Below are positions 62,094 to 64,000 of a DNA stretch of 64,000 nucleotides, piece by piece. A program made the translations under genes and the position numbers. The DNA lies in NCBI RefSeq assembly GCF_024521635.1, contig NW_026250405.1, positions 1,302,001 to 1,366,000 on the forward strand, read 5' to 3'. The notes under the pieces were generated by a model, which made no database searches, had not been told where the DNA came from, and was given only the letters and a program-made list of their open reading frames with translations. The stretch is from Tricharina praecox. Lineage: Eukaryota. The stretch's first letter is position 1, and every line of letters starts with the position of its first letter.

Positions 62094-62536
62094 TATTCAG
62101 TTGTGGTTGTGTGTGACTGTGGTGGTGAAAAAGGGGGGTGGATTGCGGCGGACGAGGACACCTATCGCTGAGCTGGCAATTATCGTTGAGACATGGTGGT
62201 GCTAGCCACCTTGGCACGAAGTATGTTCATCACCTGTCTTGGTTGCAATGGCTGCAGTACTCGGTCTGTACTGCTCTCCACATACTTTGGACTCAAAATA
62301 CGAGAACATAAATGAAGATCTACCCACTCGATATGTCCATTGAGTACCTAGCAACATTTGATGGAGTTCTCATGGGTAAGATATCACTTGATTAGAGAGA
62401 AGCTGTATCGAGTGGCGAATGGTGTTTTCATTCATAACCCGACTCCATAAATGCAGCCCGATCCTTCATTTCCCCAGTTCGAACACGAAACGATCCCAAC
62501 CGAGTCCACCACCCCACACTCTGTACCACTCTGCAC

Positions 62537-63045
62537 TTAAGCAGCGATGGTGACCTCAACCTCAACACCGGCCTCGATGTTGATGATGATCTGCTTGACG
62601 ACCTCGGTGGGGGCGTTAAGGCTACACACACACAATCAGCGTTCCGTCTCTGGGAATCTAGGGAAGGTTATAGTAGACGTACTCGATCAGACGCTTGTGG
62701 ATTCTCATCTCGTAGCAGTCCCAGGTCTTGGAACCCTCACCACAAGGGGTCTTGCGGGTGGTGATCTTGAGGACCTTGGTAGGGAGACGGACGGGTCCCT
62801 TGACGCGAAGAGACTTGCTCTTGGCACGCTCGATGAGCTCGGAGGTGACTATTTTCGGACCGAGATTTTAGCATTCCCTTTCCTGTTCCACTTTCCCTCC
62901 CTTCCTCCCCCCCGTAGCGATCGGTAGATAGATGGAACATACCCTTCTCGAGGGCCTGGACCTTGCACGAAGTCAAGGTGATACGGATGCGGTGGATCTT
63001 GGGACCTTCCCCGAACTCGCCCTTCTCAGGTTTGTTGTAAGACAT
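62537..63045 (-). CDS. RPS20: 40S ribosomal protein S20 (uS10)
   Basis: Exons 63045-62943, 62848-62683, 62621-62537. Motifs: [43 protein letters not shown] and GVEVEVTIA. Probable 5'UTR intron ~63184-63111. Confidence 0.97.
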
Positions 63046-63280
63046 GTTGGCTTGGTGAGAGGACGAAAAGATTTCTAGAAAATCTCGACTGTTGAGGCTG
63101 TGAATTCGCGAGCTATCCGTCAGCAGCTGTCTTCGCAGTGGTCGTGATGGCGGGCATCAGGGCGTGGGACGGGGGGCGACTTACGAGGTTGCTGTTAGTT
63201 GTCGCTGGAACGGTGTCGCTTGCTCATGGGAATTTCACTTTTGTCGAAGTTCACGCACCACTCCCACTCGGCTTTGTGGG

Positions 63281-63318
63281 TCACGTGCACCACCGTGCGC
63301 TCTTGCCCTCAGCCCTAA
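63281..63318 (-). promoter_or_regulatory. RP-gene promoter motifs: TCACGTG (Cbf1-type) and TTAGGGCT (Tbf1-type)
   Basis: TCACGTG at 63281-63287 and AGCCCTAA at 63311-63318, just upstream of the RPS20 leader. Confidence 0.6.
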
Positions 63319-64000
63319 ATTTTCGCTAGTCAGATTTCCCAGCAAGATCTTATCTTATCAGATCTCATGCCATCCGCAACCTTGTTTCCAGCGCGAAACG
63401 GGGCTGAAAAATGACAGGGTGTGGAAAGCTTACTTTAAGTGCCGCTGGTGCAGGGCCGAGGTCGCGATCGACGAGTGGATTGGATGAGATCCAAAGCGAT
63501 TGGGAGACGGGAAGAGTATCTGCAGGTACGAGTGCGTTGCCCAAATTGGATCACAGGACAGCGGTGTAGAGAGAATGTCATAAAAAGTTCATAGGAGGCC
63601 ACTTTCACCTGTCACTCGTCAGCCGGTGTTGAAACTTGACACGTTCCGATCTTGACAGTAGTCCGACCAAGCTCAAGGCAAATGACGGTCCGAACGGACA
63701 GCGACATTCGTCACGGCGCAGGCATTCGATCTCACTCGGCAGTATGATTCTCCAACTTGTAGGATTTAGGGTCTGATACAGTTCTCCGTCTTCAATCAAA
63801 TTCTTCGGCCGTCTTCTCATCCAAACATGCGCATAAATCCAATAGAAATGACTAGAATATGCCATCATAGTGAGCGACCCACTTGCTCTCGCTCAACACT
63901 TCCCGGATGATTTGGTAGTATTGTTGAAAGCAATACAAGAATACTTCTTCAGGACATTTTCCTGCCCCGGTTTGAAGTTTTTCGAGGTTGGCTTATTTTC

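Noticed and set aside
63416..63427. AGGGTGTGGAAA matching part of ascomycete 5S rRNA
   Set aside because: Flanks do not continue the 5S sequence; a chance 12-mer.
63411..64000. Possible gene start or ORFs at the window end
   Set aside because: No recognisable protein motif, and context is cut by the window edge.

Overview
Eukaryotic, intron-rich DNA from a filamentous ascomycete; the microsatellite-rich intergenic DNA and protein style suggest Pezizomycetes, which is an inference. I can build about 21 protein-coding models by hand from GT..AG and branch-point signals: PER1 (partial), SCH9 kinase, a PTH11-like membrane protein, a CaiB/BaiF CoA-transferase, DOT5/BCP peroxiredoxin, SWC4, SPC25, NEM1, a secreted CBM14 chitin-binding protein, an F-box-ankyrin gene head-to-head with another F-box gene, PalA/RIM20, YPI1, TatD, PTC2/3, a GNAT acetyltransferase, EFM6, a haloacetate-dehalogenase-like alpha/beta hydrolase, AVT2, a Fot1/pogo-type transposase ORF and RPS20. 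I found no convincing tRNA, rRNA, snRNA or CRISPR. The most unusual observations are: (1) a ~160-nt multi-hairpin element next to a TATA box in a gene desert (13.0-13.2 kb), a candidate unknown structured ncRNA; (2) a pogo transposase ORF with an altered catalytic motif, faced by an inverted truncated paralog that could drive antisense or hairpin silencing; (3) an accessory-looking island with the CBM14 protein and the divergent F-box pair; (4) a ~235-bp decayed repeat present twice in inverted orientation; and (5) several splicing and translation oddities (8-17 nt microexons, frequent AAG acceptors, a phase puzzle in SCH9, a NEM1 uORF, a dual-start TatD). All gene models are manual and unverified by RNA data.
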